DNA of 64,000 nt from Planctomycetota bacterium (GTDB taxonomy: Bacteria; Planctomycetota; B15-G4): contig JBBQUR010000018.1 in assembly GCA_038212275.1 (NCBI GenBank), positions 40,987 to 104,986 of the forward strand, read 5' to 3'. This document shows positions 49,446-59,067 of the stretch, piece by piece (position 1 is the first letter of the stretch; every line of letters begins with the position of its first letter). Made by a program: the position numbers and the translations under genes. The notes under the pieces are model-generated. The model saw only the letters and a list, made by a program, of their open reading frames with translations, searched no databases and was not told the DNA's origin.

Positions 49446-50656
49446 GCCGCACGAGTCTGCGTTTCCCCGGCGGGATTCTCCAGTCGCACCGGGCGCAGTT
49501 CCGCATAAAGCGCGGCGAGCGCGGCGGCCACGGCCTCCGCATCGTGCCTCGACAGGTCGGTGGCGCGCGCGCCCGCGGACAGTTGCGCGCGCAGCGCGTC
49601 GTCGGCGCAGACCGCGCCGAGCGCCGCGGCCAGCGCCCGTGCGTCTCCGGACGGCACGAGCAGGCCCGACGCGCCGTGCACGAGCAGCGACGGGACGCCG
49701 CCCACCGCCGTCGCGACGACGGGAAGGCCCGACTGCAAGGCCTCGACGATGACCTGCGGCAGACCCTCGTGCGCGGAGCTGAGCGCCACGACATCCAGCG
49801 CGCCGTACACCGCGCCGAGCTCAGCACGCGGCGGCAGCCAGGCTGCGCCCGGCAGCGCGGCCACGCGCGCGCGCACCGCCTCGCCGCAGGGCCCGTCGCC
49901 GACGACCAGCAGCCGCGCGGCTGGCGCCCGCGCGACGACCTCCGGCCACGCCGCCAACAGCAGCTCCACGCGCTTGACGGGCGCGAGGCGCCCCACGCAA
50001 CCGACGACGACATGACCGGACGACCAGCCCAGGCCGGCGCGCAACGCGGCTCCGGCGGTCGCATCCGGTGCCGTGCGCAACCGGTCGATGCCGGGCGGCA
50101 CGACGACATACTGTTCCGCACGCCCCACGCGATGCTCGGTCAGCAATTCGTCGCGGATCTCTCCGGCCACCGCGATGAGCCTGTCGGTGCGCGCCGCCAG
50201 GCGGCGCTCGCTCAGACGGAAGGCCGCCGCCACCGGCGCGGCGAAATAACCGGAAAGCACATGACCGTGATAGGTGTGCACCAGCGCGGGGCGGCGCGCC
50301 CCGGACGCGTCGGGACCGCCGGTCGGCCCGCCCGCAGCGAGCCGTCCGAGCAACCCGGCCTTTGCCGTGTGCGTGTGCACGATGGACGGCCTGTGCTCGG
50401 CCACGAGGCGGCGCAGTTGTCGCAGCACGCGCAGGTCGCGGAGCGGATGGATCGCGCGACCGAGGTCGGGCAGCACGTGCACGTCGACACCCAGCGCGCG
50501 CGCCTCGTCCAGCAGTTCGCCTTCGCACGATTCCGCGCGACCGGTGACAAGCAGCGTGCGCCAGCCGCGGCGGCGCAGAGGTGCGTCGATACGCAGCACG
50601 TGCCGAGCGGGCCCGCCGACGTTGAGGCGCGCGATGATGCGCAGCACGTCGATCAT
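49427..50656 (-). CDS. Glycosyltransferase family 4
   Basis: IARLNVGGPARH, VHTHTAKAG, VGRLAPVK, EGLPQVIVEAL. Confidence 0.93.
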   Translation of the reverse strand: MIDVLRIIARLNVGGPARHVLRIDAPLRRRGWRTLLVTGRAESCEGELLDEARALGVDVHVLPDLGRAIHPLRDLRVLRQLRRLVAEHRPSIVHTHTAKAGLLGRLAAGGPTGGPDASGARRPALVHTYHGHVLSGYFAAPVAAAFRLSERRLAARTDRLIAVAGEIRDELLTEHRVGRAEQYVVVPPGIDRLRTAPDATAGAALRAGLGWSSGHVVVGCVGRLAPVKRVELLLAAWPEVVARAPAARLLVVGDGPCGEAVRARVAALPGAAWLPPRAELGAVYGALDVVALSSAHEGLPQVIVEALQSGLPVVATAVGGVPSLLVHGASGLLVPSGDARALAAALGAVCADDALRAQLSAGARATDLSRHDAEAVAAALAALYAELRPVRLENPAGETQTRAACISSS

Positions 50657-50807
50657 CGCGCCGCCTCCGCAGGCGGCGGGCTGCGCCGCAAAAGAGCAGC
50701 GCGGCGGAGGGCACCGCGTGTGCCTCGTATCCGCCGCGCTCGTTGCACGTCGATCATGTCGCGTTGGACGTCGCCGTGAAGCAGCGACGTCCCGCGCTCT
50801 CCTCGGT

Positions 50808-50845
50808 TCGCCCCGGCCGGATCGCGTGCGATCCGACCGGGGCGA
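50808..50845 (-). terminator. Strong hairpin downstream of the HU gene (no U-tract)
   Basis: TCGCCCCGG-C-CGGATCGC / GCGATCCG-A-CCGGGGCGA inverted repeat, 20 nt after the stop codon. Confidence 0.5.
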
Positions 50846-50864
50846 TGCCGGAGAGCCGCGAGGC

Positions 50865-51200
50865 TCAGACCATCGACTTCAGGGCCTTGACCGGCTGGGT
50901 CTTGACGACCTTCCGCGCGGGCTTCGCCTTGAACATCATCTCCTGGCCCGTGAAGGGGTTGATGCCCTTGCGCGCCTTGGTGGCGGGCTTCTTCACGACC
51001 TTGATCTTGACCAGGCCCGGAAGCGTGAACACGCCGGGGCCCTTGCCGCCGAGATCCTTCTTGATCAGGTTGCCGACGTTGTCGAACACCGACGCGACCT
51101 GCTTGCGCGAAAGACCGGTCTTCTCGGCGACCGTCTTGAAGATGTCGGACTTGGTGCGCGGCTTGGTGCCGCCGTTGCTCGAAGCTGTGTTGTTGGCCAT
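50865..51200 (-). CDS. HU-family DNA-binding protein
   Basis: TKSDIFKTVAEKTGLSRKQV, FTLPGLVKI, GINPFTG, KAKPA; AAGGA RBS before ATG 51200. Confidence 0.93.
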   Translation of the reverse strand: MANNTASSNGGTKPRTKSDIFKTVAEKTGLSRKQVASVFDNVGNLIKKDLGGKGPGVFTLPGLVKIKVVKKPATKARKGINPFTGQEMMFKAKPARKVVKTQPVKALKSMV

Positions 51201-51478
51201 GGGTTCCTTTTTTTGACTCCTGGAAACAGATCTCGATTCGAGATCGCGGCCTGACAGTACAGGCGGAAACGGCCGACTCAAAAGAAATTGCCTGCAATTC
51301 CAGCAGTTTCTGAGCCGCTCGAATCGGGCCTGAAAGCAGCCGTTATCCGGTCGCGGGAGACCGCCCGGCGAAGCGTCGGCACGCGCCCGTCGCCGGTCGT
51401 CGCCCCGGCGCTCCGCAGGTGGCTCGCGTCAGCGCGCGCGAGGATCCGGCGACTCCCGGAGCGACGCGGGGAGCGTGA

Positions 51479-51564
51479 TGGAGGCGCCGGGAATCGAACC
51501 CGGACGGCCCGTGAGGGCCAGGGGATTTTAAGTCCCCTGCGTCTGCCTGTTCCGCCACGCCTCC
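51479..51564 (-). tRNA. tRNA-Leu (TAA); CCA not encoded
   Basis: GGAGGCG/CGCCTCC acceptor stem, anticodon arm GGGGA-CTTAAAA-TCCCC, long variable arm, GGTTCGATTCC. Confidence 0.94.
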
Positions 51565-51595
51565 CTGCCCGATCGGCCTGTTTTCACCGTGCTTT

Positions 51596-53308
51596 TCATG
51601 CCCGACGCTGCTCGCCGGCCAGCTCCGCGCGGCGCTCGAGCTCCTGACGCAAGAGCTCACGCCGCAACACTTTGAGCACGCTGCTGCGCGGCAGCGTCGT
51701 GCGGAATTCCAGCTCGCGCGGCAGCTTGTAGGCGGCGAGATGCTGGCGGCCGAACGCGAGCAGGTCGGCCTCCGTGACCGAGGCGCCGGGGCGCTTCACG
51801 ATGAAGGTTTTCACGATCTCCCCCCGCTCCGGATCGGGCACGCCGATGGTGGCCGCCTCGAGCACGGCGGGGTGGCCGGCGAAGGCGTGGTCCACCTCGT
51901 CCGGGTAGACCTTGTAGCCACCCACCACGATCATTTCCTTCTTCCGGCCGACGATGCGGAAGTACCCGTCGGCGTCTCGCGAGGCGAGATCGCCGGTCGC
52001 GAACCAGCCGTTTTTCAGGGCGGCGGCCGTCTCCTCGGGACGGTTCCAGTAGCCGGCCATGACCTGCGGGCCGGCCAGCAGCAGCTCGCCCTCGCCACCC
52101 ACCGGAAGCACGACCGACGCGTCGTCCGTGGACACGATGCGTGCATCCGTGTCCGGAAGCGGCAGGCCCACGGTGCCGATGCGGCGCTCGCCGGACACCG
52201 GGTTCACGTGCGTGGCGGCGGTGGTCTCGGTGAGGCCGTAGCCCTCGAAGATGCGTCCGCCGGTGAGCTGCTCGAAGCGCTGCAGAGTATCGAGCGTGAG
52301 CGGCGCGCTGCCGGAGAAGCAGCCCTTCACGCTGCGCAGGTCGTAGCGCTCGACGTCCGGCAGACGCGTGATGGCGCTGAACATCGCCGGCACGAGCGCG
52401 AGCACTGTCACGCGCTGCCTGTCGATGAGCGACAGCAGGCCGCGCGTGTCGCGCGGGTCCGGCACGAGCACGATCGCGCCGCCGATCCACAAGGGGAGAT
52501 CGAGGCACACCGTGAGGCCGAAGACATGGAAGTACGGAAGCGCTGCGAGGAAGACGTCGTGCCCGTGCTCGAGCGTGGTGAGCCACGCGACGAGCTGCTG
52601 GGATCCGCACGAAAGATTGCGATGCGTGAGCATCGCGCCCTTCGCGCGGCCGGTCGTCCCTCCGGTGTACTGCAGCATCGCGATGTCGTCGAGCTGCGCG
52701 ACGTCGGTGCGCGGCGCGTCGCTGCCGCGCGCGAGCAGCGAGCGGAAGTGCAGCACGCCGGACCGCTCGGGGATGTCCGCGACGAGCGGCGGCGTGCGCC
52801 GTGCGAGCACGCGCCGCGCGATCAGGCGCTTCCACCACGGAAAGAGGTCGGGCATCGAGCACACGATCCAGTGCTTGACGGGAACGCGGGCGGCCAGCGT
52901 GACGAGCCGGTCCTTCCAGCCCGCATCGAGCACGAAGGCGTGACTGATCCCCGCGTCCTGCCACTGGTGCTCGATCTCGTCGTCGGTGTAGATCGGGTTG
53001 GTGAGCACGGCCTGCGCGCCCAGCGAGAGCGTCGCGCAGAAGGCGATCACGGTCTGCGGCGAATTGGGCAGCTGGATGGCGACGCGCGTGCCGGGACCGA
53101 CGCCAAGCGAAGCCAGTCCGGAGGCCGCCCGATCCACCAGGCGCTGCAGGGCCGCATAGCGGATCACGGTGCCTTCGAAGATCAGCGCCGGCCGCTCGGG
53201 AAAGCGCCGCGCCGAGCGACGCAGCGCCGCCGGCATCGTGAGTTCCTCGTAGGTGAGCGACGCCGGCACTCCCGCGTCGTAGCGGCGATGCCAGTCGCGC
53301 GCTTCCAC
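51596..53308 (-). CDS. fadD: Long-chain fatty-acid--CoA ligase
   Basis: LQYTGGTTGRAKG, EGYGLTET, TGD, GRKKEMI; start GTG 53308. Confidence 0.9.
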   Translation of the reverse strand: MEARDWHRRYDAGVPASLTYEELTMPAALRRSARRFPERPALIFEGTVIRYAALQRLVDRAASGLASLGVGPGTRVAIQLPNSPQTVIAFCATLSLGAQAVLTNPIYTDDEIEHQWQDAGISHAFVLDAGWKDRLVTLAARVPVKHWIVCSMPDLFPWWKRLIARRVLARRTPPLVADIPERSGVLHFRSLLARGSDAPRTDVAQLDDIAMLQYTGGTTGRAKGAMLTHRNLSCGSQQLVAWLTTLEHGHDVFLAALPYFHVFGLTVCLDLPLWIGGAIVLVPDPRDTRGLLSLIDRQRVTVLALVPAMFSAITRLPDVERYDLRSVKGCFSGSAPLTLDTLQRFEQLTGGRIFEGYGLTETTAATHVNPVSGERRIGTVGLPLPDTDARIVSTDDASVVLPVGGEGELLLAGPQVMAGYWNRPEETAAALKNGWFATGDLASRDADGYFRIVGRKKEMIVVGGYKVYPDEVDHAFAGHPAVLEAATIGVPDPERGEIVKTFIVKRPGASVTEADLLAFGRQHLAAYKLPRELEFRTTLPRSSVLKVLRRELLRQELERRAELAGEQRRA

Positions 53309-53310
53309 GT

Positions 53311-54555
53311 TCAGGAACCCGCGGCGGCCTGCGGCGTGCCGGCCGGCGGGACCGGCGGCGTCCAGCCGGGCAGCGCCTCGAACACGGCGGCGGCGCCCAT
53401 GCCCCCGCCGACGCACATCGTCACGACGCCGAAGCGCTGCTTTCGGCGATGCAACTCGTGCAGCAGGGTCGTCGTGAGGCGGCTGCCGGTGGCGCCCAGC
53501 GGATGCCCCAGCGCGATCGCGCCACCGTTCACGTTGACGCGATCCTCGCGCAGGCCGAGCGTGCGCACGCAATGCAGCGCCTGCGACGCGAAGGCCTCGT
53601 TGAGCTCGAAGAGGTCGATCTGGTCCATGGTCAGCCCCGCACGCGCGACGGCGGCCGGCACGGCGTGCACCGGCCCGATGCCCATGAGTCCGGGCGGCAC
53701 GCCGACGACCGCGTAAGAACGCATGACGGCCATGGGTTTCAGTCCCAGCGCTGCGGCACGCTCTTCGGCGAGCAGCAGGAGCACGGCGGCGCCGTCGCTC
53801 GTCTGGCTGCTGTTGCCGGCCGTCACGGTGCCGCCGGTGCGGAACACGGCCGGCAGCTTCGCGAGGCCCTCGGCGCTCGTGTCGCGGCGCGGCCCGTCGT
53901 CGGCCGTGACGACGGACTCGTCGATCACGACACCGCCGCCCTGCGGTGCGGGGCGGGCGACGCGCACCGCAACCGGCACGATCTCGTCGCGGAATCGGCC
54001 GGCGGCCGCTGCGGCCAGCGCCTTGCGATGGCTGCCCAGCGCGAAGGCATCCTGGTCGGCTCGCGAGACCTTGTATTGCTCCGCGACACGCTCCGCCGTG
54101 AGCCCCATGCCGATGTAGGCATCCGGCTCGAGGTTGGCGAGTGCTGCATTGGGCCGGAAGACGTGCCCGGTCATCGGCACGAGCGTCATGGACTCCAGCC
54201 CGCCAGCCAGGATGGCTGTCGCCGCGCCGCTGGCGATGCGCTCGCTGGCCTGCGCGATGCTCTGCAGGCCGCTGGCGCAGAAGCGGTTGACCGTCATCGC
54301 CGGCACGCTCTCCGGCAGGCCGGCTGCCAGCACGACGAGGCGCGCGACGTTGAGTCCCTGCTCCGCCTCGGGAAAAGCGCAGCCGAGAATCAGGTCCTCG
54401 ACCTCCGCCGGGTCGAAGCCCGGGGCGCGTGCGAGCGCCGCACGCAGCGCGACGACGGCGAGGTCGTCGGGCCGCACGCGGGAAAAGCCGCCGCGACCGG
54501 CGCGCGTCACGGGCGTGCGCGCCGCCGACACGATGACCGCGCGGGTGGCCGTCAT
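53311..54555 (-). CDS. fadA: Acetyl-CoA C-acyltransferase (thiolase)
   Basis: NRFCASG, NEAF, GHPLGATG, MCVGGGMG. Confidence 0.94.
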   Translation of the reverse strand: MTATRAVIVSAARTPVTRAGRGGFSRVRPDDLAVVALRAALARAPGFDPAEVEDLILGCAFPEAEQGLNVARLVVLAAGLPESVPAMTVNRFCASGLQSIAQASERIASGAATAILAGGLESMTLVPMTGHVFRPNAALANLEPDAYIGMGLTAERVAEQYKVSRADQDAFALGSHRKALAAAAAGRFRDEIVPVAVRVARPAPQGGGVVIDESVVTADDGPRRDTSAEGLAKLPAVFRTGGTVTAGNSSQTSDGAAVLLLLAEERAAALGLKPMAVMRSYAVVGVPPGLMGIGPVHAVPAAVARAGLTMDQIDLFELNEAFASQALHCVRTLGLREDRVNVNGGAIALGHPLGATGSRLTTTLLHELHRRKQRFGVVTMCVGGGMGAAAVFEALPGWTPPVPPAGTPQAAAGS

Positions 54556-54696
54556 GGCTGCCTCCGCAAGGCGTGCATCACGGCGGACCCGCGCGCGCCC
54601 GAGGTCGCGGGGGCCGCGCGCGCCGCGTCGAGCGGGCTGCGGGCGCGGGTGGAACTGTTCGTCGCACGTCGTAGGGTCATGGCGGTCGGTCTCATC

Positions 54697-57132
54697 TCAG
54701 TTGCGCAGCGGCTTGCCGGTGGTCAGCAGGGCTTTCATGCGCGCGTGCGTGAGCGGCTCGCCCGCGAGCGAGACGAAGGCCTCGCGCTCCAGGTCGAGCA
54801 GGTGCTGCTCGGACACGCGCGTCGCGTGGGCGACCTCGCCGCCGCAGAGCACGTGCGCCAGCCTGCCCGCGACGGCCGCGTCGTGATCGCTGATCATGCG
54901 TGCTTCGAGCATGTTCCACAGCGCGACGTGCAGCGCGGCGATGCCGGCGCCGCCGAGTACGCGCAGGTCCTGCCGCGGCGGGCGCGGGCGGTAGCCGTCG
55001 CGTGCGGCATCCAGCACGGCCTGCCGGGCCGCGGAGAGCAGGCGCTCGCGGCTGGGCACGATGCGGTCCGCGGCGCTCAGGAAGGAGAGCTCGCGCGCCT
55101 CGAGCGCGCTGCCGCTCACGCGCCCCATGGCCACGTTGCGGAACAGGCGCTGCACGAAGGGCAGCAGATCCACGTGCTCGAGATCCTCGGGCAGCGAGGC
55201 ATCGAGCCGTCGCACCAGTTCCTTGCAGCCGCCGGCCGCCGGGATGAGCCCCGCGCCTGCCTCGACCAGTCCGATGTAACTCTCCGCCGCGGCGCACACC
55301 CGCGTGGCGTGCAGCAGCATCTCGCAGCCGCCGCCGAGCGTCATGCCCTGGCAGGCGAGCACGACGGGCCGCGGACCGTGCTGGATGGCCTGATTGAGCT
55401 GCTGGAATCCCGACACGAGCTGGTTCAGCGCCTGGAAGTTCTTCGCTTCGGCCAGTGCGAGCACGAGGTGCAGGTTCGCGCCCGCGGAAAAGTGTTCGCC
55501 CTCGTTGCCGATGACCAGGCCGCGCCACGCGCTGCCCCGGTCTGCCAGCAGGCGCAGCGCCTTGCCGAGCAGCTCGCCCGTGTGCTGCCCGATGACGTTC
55601 ATCCGCGTGCGGAATTGCAGGCAGAGCACGTCCTCGCCGAGATCGATCAGCGCCGCCTCGGCATTCTTCTCGACGACACCGCCGGCACGCACGCGGTCCT
55701 CGAGCAGCAGCACGCCGTCGCGCGGCGGCACGCGCACGGCGCGAGCGGCGGCCGGATCGTAGGCGAGCAGCCCCGCCGGATCGCGCTGGTAGAAGCTGGT
55801 CGCGCCACTCTGCAGCAGCGCCGTCACGAGCGGCGGCACGCGTTGGCCCGCACTCGAGAGGCGCTGCGCCGTGGCCGCGACACCTGACTGATCCCACAGC
55901 TCGAAGGGCCCGGCCGTCCAGCCGAAACCCCAGCGCAGTGCGCGGTCCACCGAGACGATGTCGTCGCTGATCTCCGGCACGCACTGCGCGGCGTAGGCGA
56001 GCGACGCGCCGAGGTGGTTGCTCAGCAGCGCGGCCGCGCGCGGGGCAACCTCGGCGAGCGCCGCCATGCCGGCAGCCGGGTCCGCTGCGCGCGCGACCTT
56101 CTCGAGCCCGGGCCACGCCGGCTCCGGGAGGGCGACGTAGTCCAGCGTGGCGGGGTCCAGCATCTGCAGCACCGAGCGACCCCCGCTCTCGAGCTTGCGG
56201 TAGAAACCCGCGCCCGTCTTCACGCCGAGCTGCTTGCGCTCCACGAGCTTCACGAGCAGTTCGGGCGGCGCGAAGGGCGCGCGCGCCGGCTCGGGCAGCG
56301 CGGCGTGGAGGTGCTTCGTCACCGCGAGCAGCGTGTCGAGGCCCACGAGGTCCGCCGTGCGGAAGGTGGCGCTGCGCGGACGGCCGATGAGCTCGCCGGT
56401 CAGCGCATCGATCTCCGCGACGCTCGCCTCGCCGCGCTGCAGCGTGCGCAGCAGGTGCAGGAACGAGAAGGTGCCGAGCCGGTTCGCGATGAAGTTGGGC
56501 GTGTCCTTGCAGGTCACGCAGCCCTTGCCGAGCACCTGTTCGGCAAACTCCGCGAAGGCGGGCAGCAGGCCGGCGTCGGTGTCCGGGCCCGACACCAGCT
56601 CGAGCAGGTGCAGGTAGCGCGGCGGGTTGAAGAAGTGCGTGATGAAGAAGCGCCGCGCGCGTTCGGGCGGCAGCGTCGCGGACAGCTCCTTGCACGGCAG
56701 TCCCGAGGTGTTGCTCGTGAGCAGCGCGTGCGGCGCCAGGTGCGGCACGATGCGCTCGAAGAGCGAGCGCTTGATGCCGAGATCCTCCACCACGGCCTCG
56801 ATGACCCAGTCCGCGCCGGCGAGCTTCGGAAGGTCGTCCTCGAGGTTGCCCGCCGTCACGAGCGCCACCGCACGCGGCGACTGGAAGGAGGCGGGGTTGG
56901 AGCGCAGTGCGCGCTGCACGCCGTCGCGCGCGAGCCGGCTGCGCACCACCGCGTCCTTCAGCGTCAGGCCAGCAGCCTGCTCCCTGGGCAGCAGGCTGCC
57001 CGGCACGACATCCAGCAGCAGCACCGGGATGCCGCAGCTGGCCAGATGGGCCGCGAGTCCGGCACCCATGACTCCGGCGCCCAGCACCGCTGCGCGCTCG
57101 ATCTGCAGACGCTCGACCACGTGCTCGGTCAC
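54697..57132 (-). CDS. fadN: 3-hydroxyacyl-CoA dehydrogenase/enoyl-CoA hydratase (FadN-type domain order)
   Basis: GAGVMG, SNTS, HFFNPPRY, DTPNFIANR, FSAGANL, LGGGCE, TGKPLRN. Confidence 0.9.
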   Translation of the reverse strand: MTEHVVERLQIERAAVLGAGVMGAGLAAHLASCGIPVLLLDVVPGSLLPREQAAGLTLKDAVVRSRLARDGVQRALRSNPASFQSPRAVALVTAGNLEDDLPKLAGADWVIEAVVEDLGIKRSLFERIVPHLAPHALLTSNTSGLPCKELSATLPPERARRFFITHFFNPPRYLHLLELVSGPDTDAGLLPAFAEFAEQVLGKGCVTCKDTPNFIANRLGTFSFLHLLRTLQRGEASVAEIDALTGELIGRPRSATFRTADLVGLDTLLAVTKHLHAALPEPARAPFAPPELLVKLVERKQLGVKTGAGFYRKLESGGRSVLQMLDPATLDYVALPEPAWPGLEKVARAADPAAGMAALAEVAPRAAALLSNHLGASLAYAAQCVPEISDDIVSVDRALRWGFGWTAGPFELWDQSGVAATAQRLSSAGQRVPPLVTALLQSGATSFYQRDPAGLLAYDPAAARAVRVPPRDGVLLLEDRVRAGGVVEKNAEAALIDLGEDVLCLQFRTRMNVIGQHTGELLGKALRLLADRGSAWRGLVIGNEGEHFSAGANLHLVLALAEAKNFQALNQLVSGFQQLNQAIQHGPRPVVLACQGMTLGGGCEMLLHATRVCAAAESYIGLVEAGAGLIPAAGGCKELVRRLDASLPEDLEHVDLLPFVQRLFRNVAMGRVSGSALEARELSFLSAADRIVPSRERLLSAARQAVLDAARDGYRPRPPRQDLRVLGGAGIAALHVALWNMLEARMISDHDAAVAGRLAHVLCGGEVAHATRVSEQHLLDLEREAFVSLAGEPLTHARMKALLTTGKPLRN

Positions 57133-57269
57133 CTCATGTTGCTGGCGATGATGCGGCGGCTGGTCCGGCGCGCGCTCCGGGCGCACGAACCGATGAGGTC
57201 CGCGCGCGGCGGGCGATCATGCCATCCCGCACGGCGACATGCAGCCGTGGTGCGTCGACCGGAGTGACT

Positions 57270-58817
57270 TCAGTGGCCGGGGCCCTCTCCCGTGCTGCCT
57301 GGTGACACGTAGAACGAGAGCCCGCGGATGTTCTCGTCCACGCTCAGGCCGTGCTGCAGCGGCGGAAAGGCGCGCTGGCGGCAGTCCATGCGCTCGCAGA
57401 GACGGCAGGTCACGCCGATGGGCACGGCGGCATCCAGGTTGGCCAGCTGCAGGCCGTCGGCGTAGACGAGCTCGCGCGCGTACCGGACGTCGCAGCCGAG
57501 GCCGATGGCCAGGCGGCTCTGAGGCACCCGGAAACCGCCGCCTTCCTTGCGCACCGTGCGGGCCATGCAGAAGTAGGCCGTGCCATCGGGCATCTGGGAG
57601 AGCTGCGTGCGGATGAAGCCGGGAGAGAGGAAGGCCGTGTGCACGTTCCAGCGCGGGCAGCTGCCGCTGTAGCGGGCGAAGCGGATGCCGCTGGCGGAGA
57701 AGCGCTTGCTGATGTTGCCGGCGATGTCCACGCGGATCATGTGAAAGGGGACGCCGGAGGCGCCGGGACGCTGCAGCGTGGTGAGCCGGTGGCAGATCTG
57801 CTCGAAGCTGGTGCGGAAGCGGTGGCCCAGGAGCTCGATGTCGTAGCGCACGGAGCGCGCGGCCGAGAGGAAGGCGTCGTAGGGCATGAGCACCGCGCCG
57901 GCGAAGTAGTTGGCCAGCGCCACGCGCGCGAGGACCTCGCTGTCCTTGCCACCCAGCCGGCCCTGCGACAGGTAGCGATCGAGCACGGGGCGGAAGCCGA
58001 GCAGCGCGATCTGGTGCGCCAGCTGGAAACTGCGGCTGCGCGGCGGCAGCACTTCGGACAGCAGCAGGCGCCGTTCGGCCGGATCGAAACGGCGGACCAT
58101 CGTCCGCGCGAGATCGCTCGGCACCACGTCGACGCGCACGCGGTGGACGCGTGCGAGGTACTCGACGAGGTGGCGGTCGATGTCGCCCGCGCCGAGGTCG
58201 GCGTCCCGCGCGAGTTGCTCGGCCGCCGCCTCGAGATCGGGGAAGTGGTTCAGGTTGTCCTGAATGAAGTCCGAGACGTCATCCTCGGGCGGCGGCGAGG
58301 CCGTGGAGCCTGCCGCCCCGTTCATGCCGGGCACCGGCATTCCTCCCGCCTGGCGGTCGTCGCGCACCGCACGCCAGGCCCGGTACAGGCCGAGGATCGC
58401 GCGCCCCATCGCGTTCGAGGCCGACGCCACTTCGGTGATGTCCGCGGGGCGCAATTCGTAGGACGCGAAGAGCGGGTCGCCGAACATCTCCGCAAGTTCG
58501 GAGCGCAGGCGCGCCTCGTCTTCGGGCGCGAAGGCGGTGAGGTCGCTGCCGAAAATCTGCGCCAGCTGCAGGAGCAGTCGTGCTGTCACCGAGCGCTGGT
58601 TGTGCTCGATGTAGTTGAGGTAGCTGGCCGAGATGCCCAGCCTCCGGGCCAGTTCCACCTGAGTCATGTCCCGGTCGCGCCGCAGGCTGCGCAGCTTGCT
58701 CCCGAGCAGCAGCTTGCGGCCGGCGCCGGAGACGGCTGCGCGACGCTTGCGCGGGGCGCCCGAGACCTTGGTGCGCGCACCGCGCGCGCCGCCTGCGGGT
58801 TGCTTGCGAGCGGCCAT
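57270..58817 (-). CDS. RamB/ScfR-family XRE transcriptional regulator
   Basis: HTH LGISASYLNYIEHNQR, FQLAHQ, ANYFAGAVLMPY, HRLTTLQRPG, GNISKR, CPRW, CRLCERMDCRQRA. Confidence 0.93.
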   Translation of the reverse strand: MAARKQPAGGARGARTKVSGAPRKRRAAVSGAGRKLLLGSKLRSLRRDRDMTQVELARRLGISASYLNYIEHNQRSVTARLLLQLAQIFGSDLTAFAPEDEARLRSELAEMFGDPLFASYELRPADITEVASASNAMGRAILGLYRAWRAVRDDRQAGGMPVPGMNGAAGSTASPPPEDDVSDFIQDNLNHFPDLEAAAEQLARDADLGAGDIDRHLVEYLARVHRVRVDVVPSDLARTMVRRFDPAERRLLLSEVLPPRSRSFQLAHQIALLGFRPVLDRYLSQGRLGGKDSEVLARVALANYFAGAVLMPYDAFLSAARSVRYDIELLGHRFRTSFEQICHRLTTLQRPGASGVPFHMIRVDIAGNISKRFSASGIRFARYSGSCPRWNVHTAFLSPGFIRTQLSQMPDGTAYFCMARTVRKEGGGFRVPQSRLAIGLGCDVRYARELVYADGLQLANLDAAVPIGVTCRLCERMDCRQRAFPPLQHGLSVDENIRGLSFYVSPGSTGEGPGH

Positions 58818-58898
58818 GTCGACTCTCCGCAGGATGGGGCCAGCGGCTGGAGCCGACGGCGCGGGACGCGTGCCCCGCGCCTCGTATCGGCGCCAGAC

Positions 58899-58945
58899 TT
58901 GACAGGCTTGACATGTTGACACGAACTGCAGGCGCATTGTTGACG
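58899..58945. promoter_or_regulatory. TTGACA direct-repeat cluster in the regulator/aceB divergent intergenic region
   Basis: TTGACA at 58899, 58908 and 58916; TTGACG at 58940. Confidence 0.65.
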
Positions 58946-59067
58946 ATATTATTGCCTGCACCAAAAGGACTTATGGCCAAAAGCACGATAGGATTGCACA
59001 CGTCGCAGGAGCCGCGGCGGGCAGCCTGAACGGATCCGCGACACGCACCTCGGTCAGCACCACGACG

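Noticed and set aside
24017..51564. Glycan locus as a tRNA-anchored genomic island flanked by two HU/IHF genes
   Set aside because: No integrase, no duplicated tRNA 3' end seen, and housekeeping dtd/trpS lie inside the interval.
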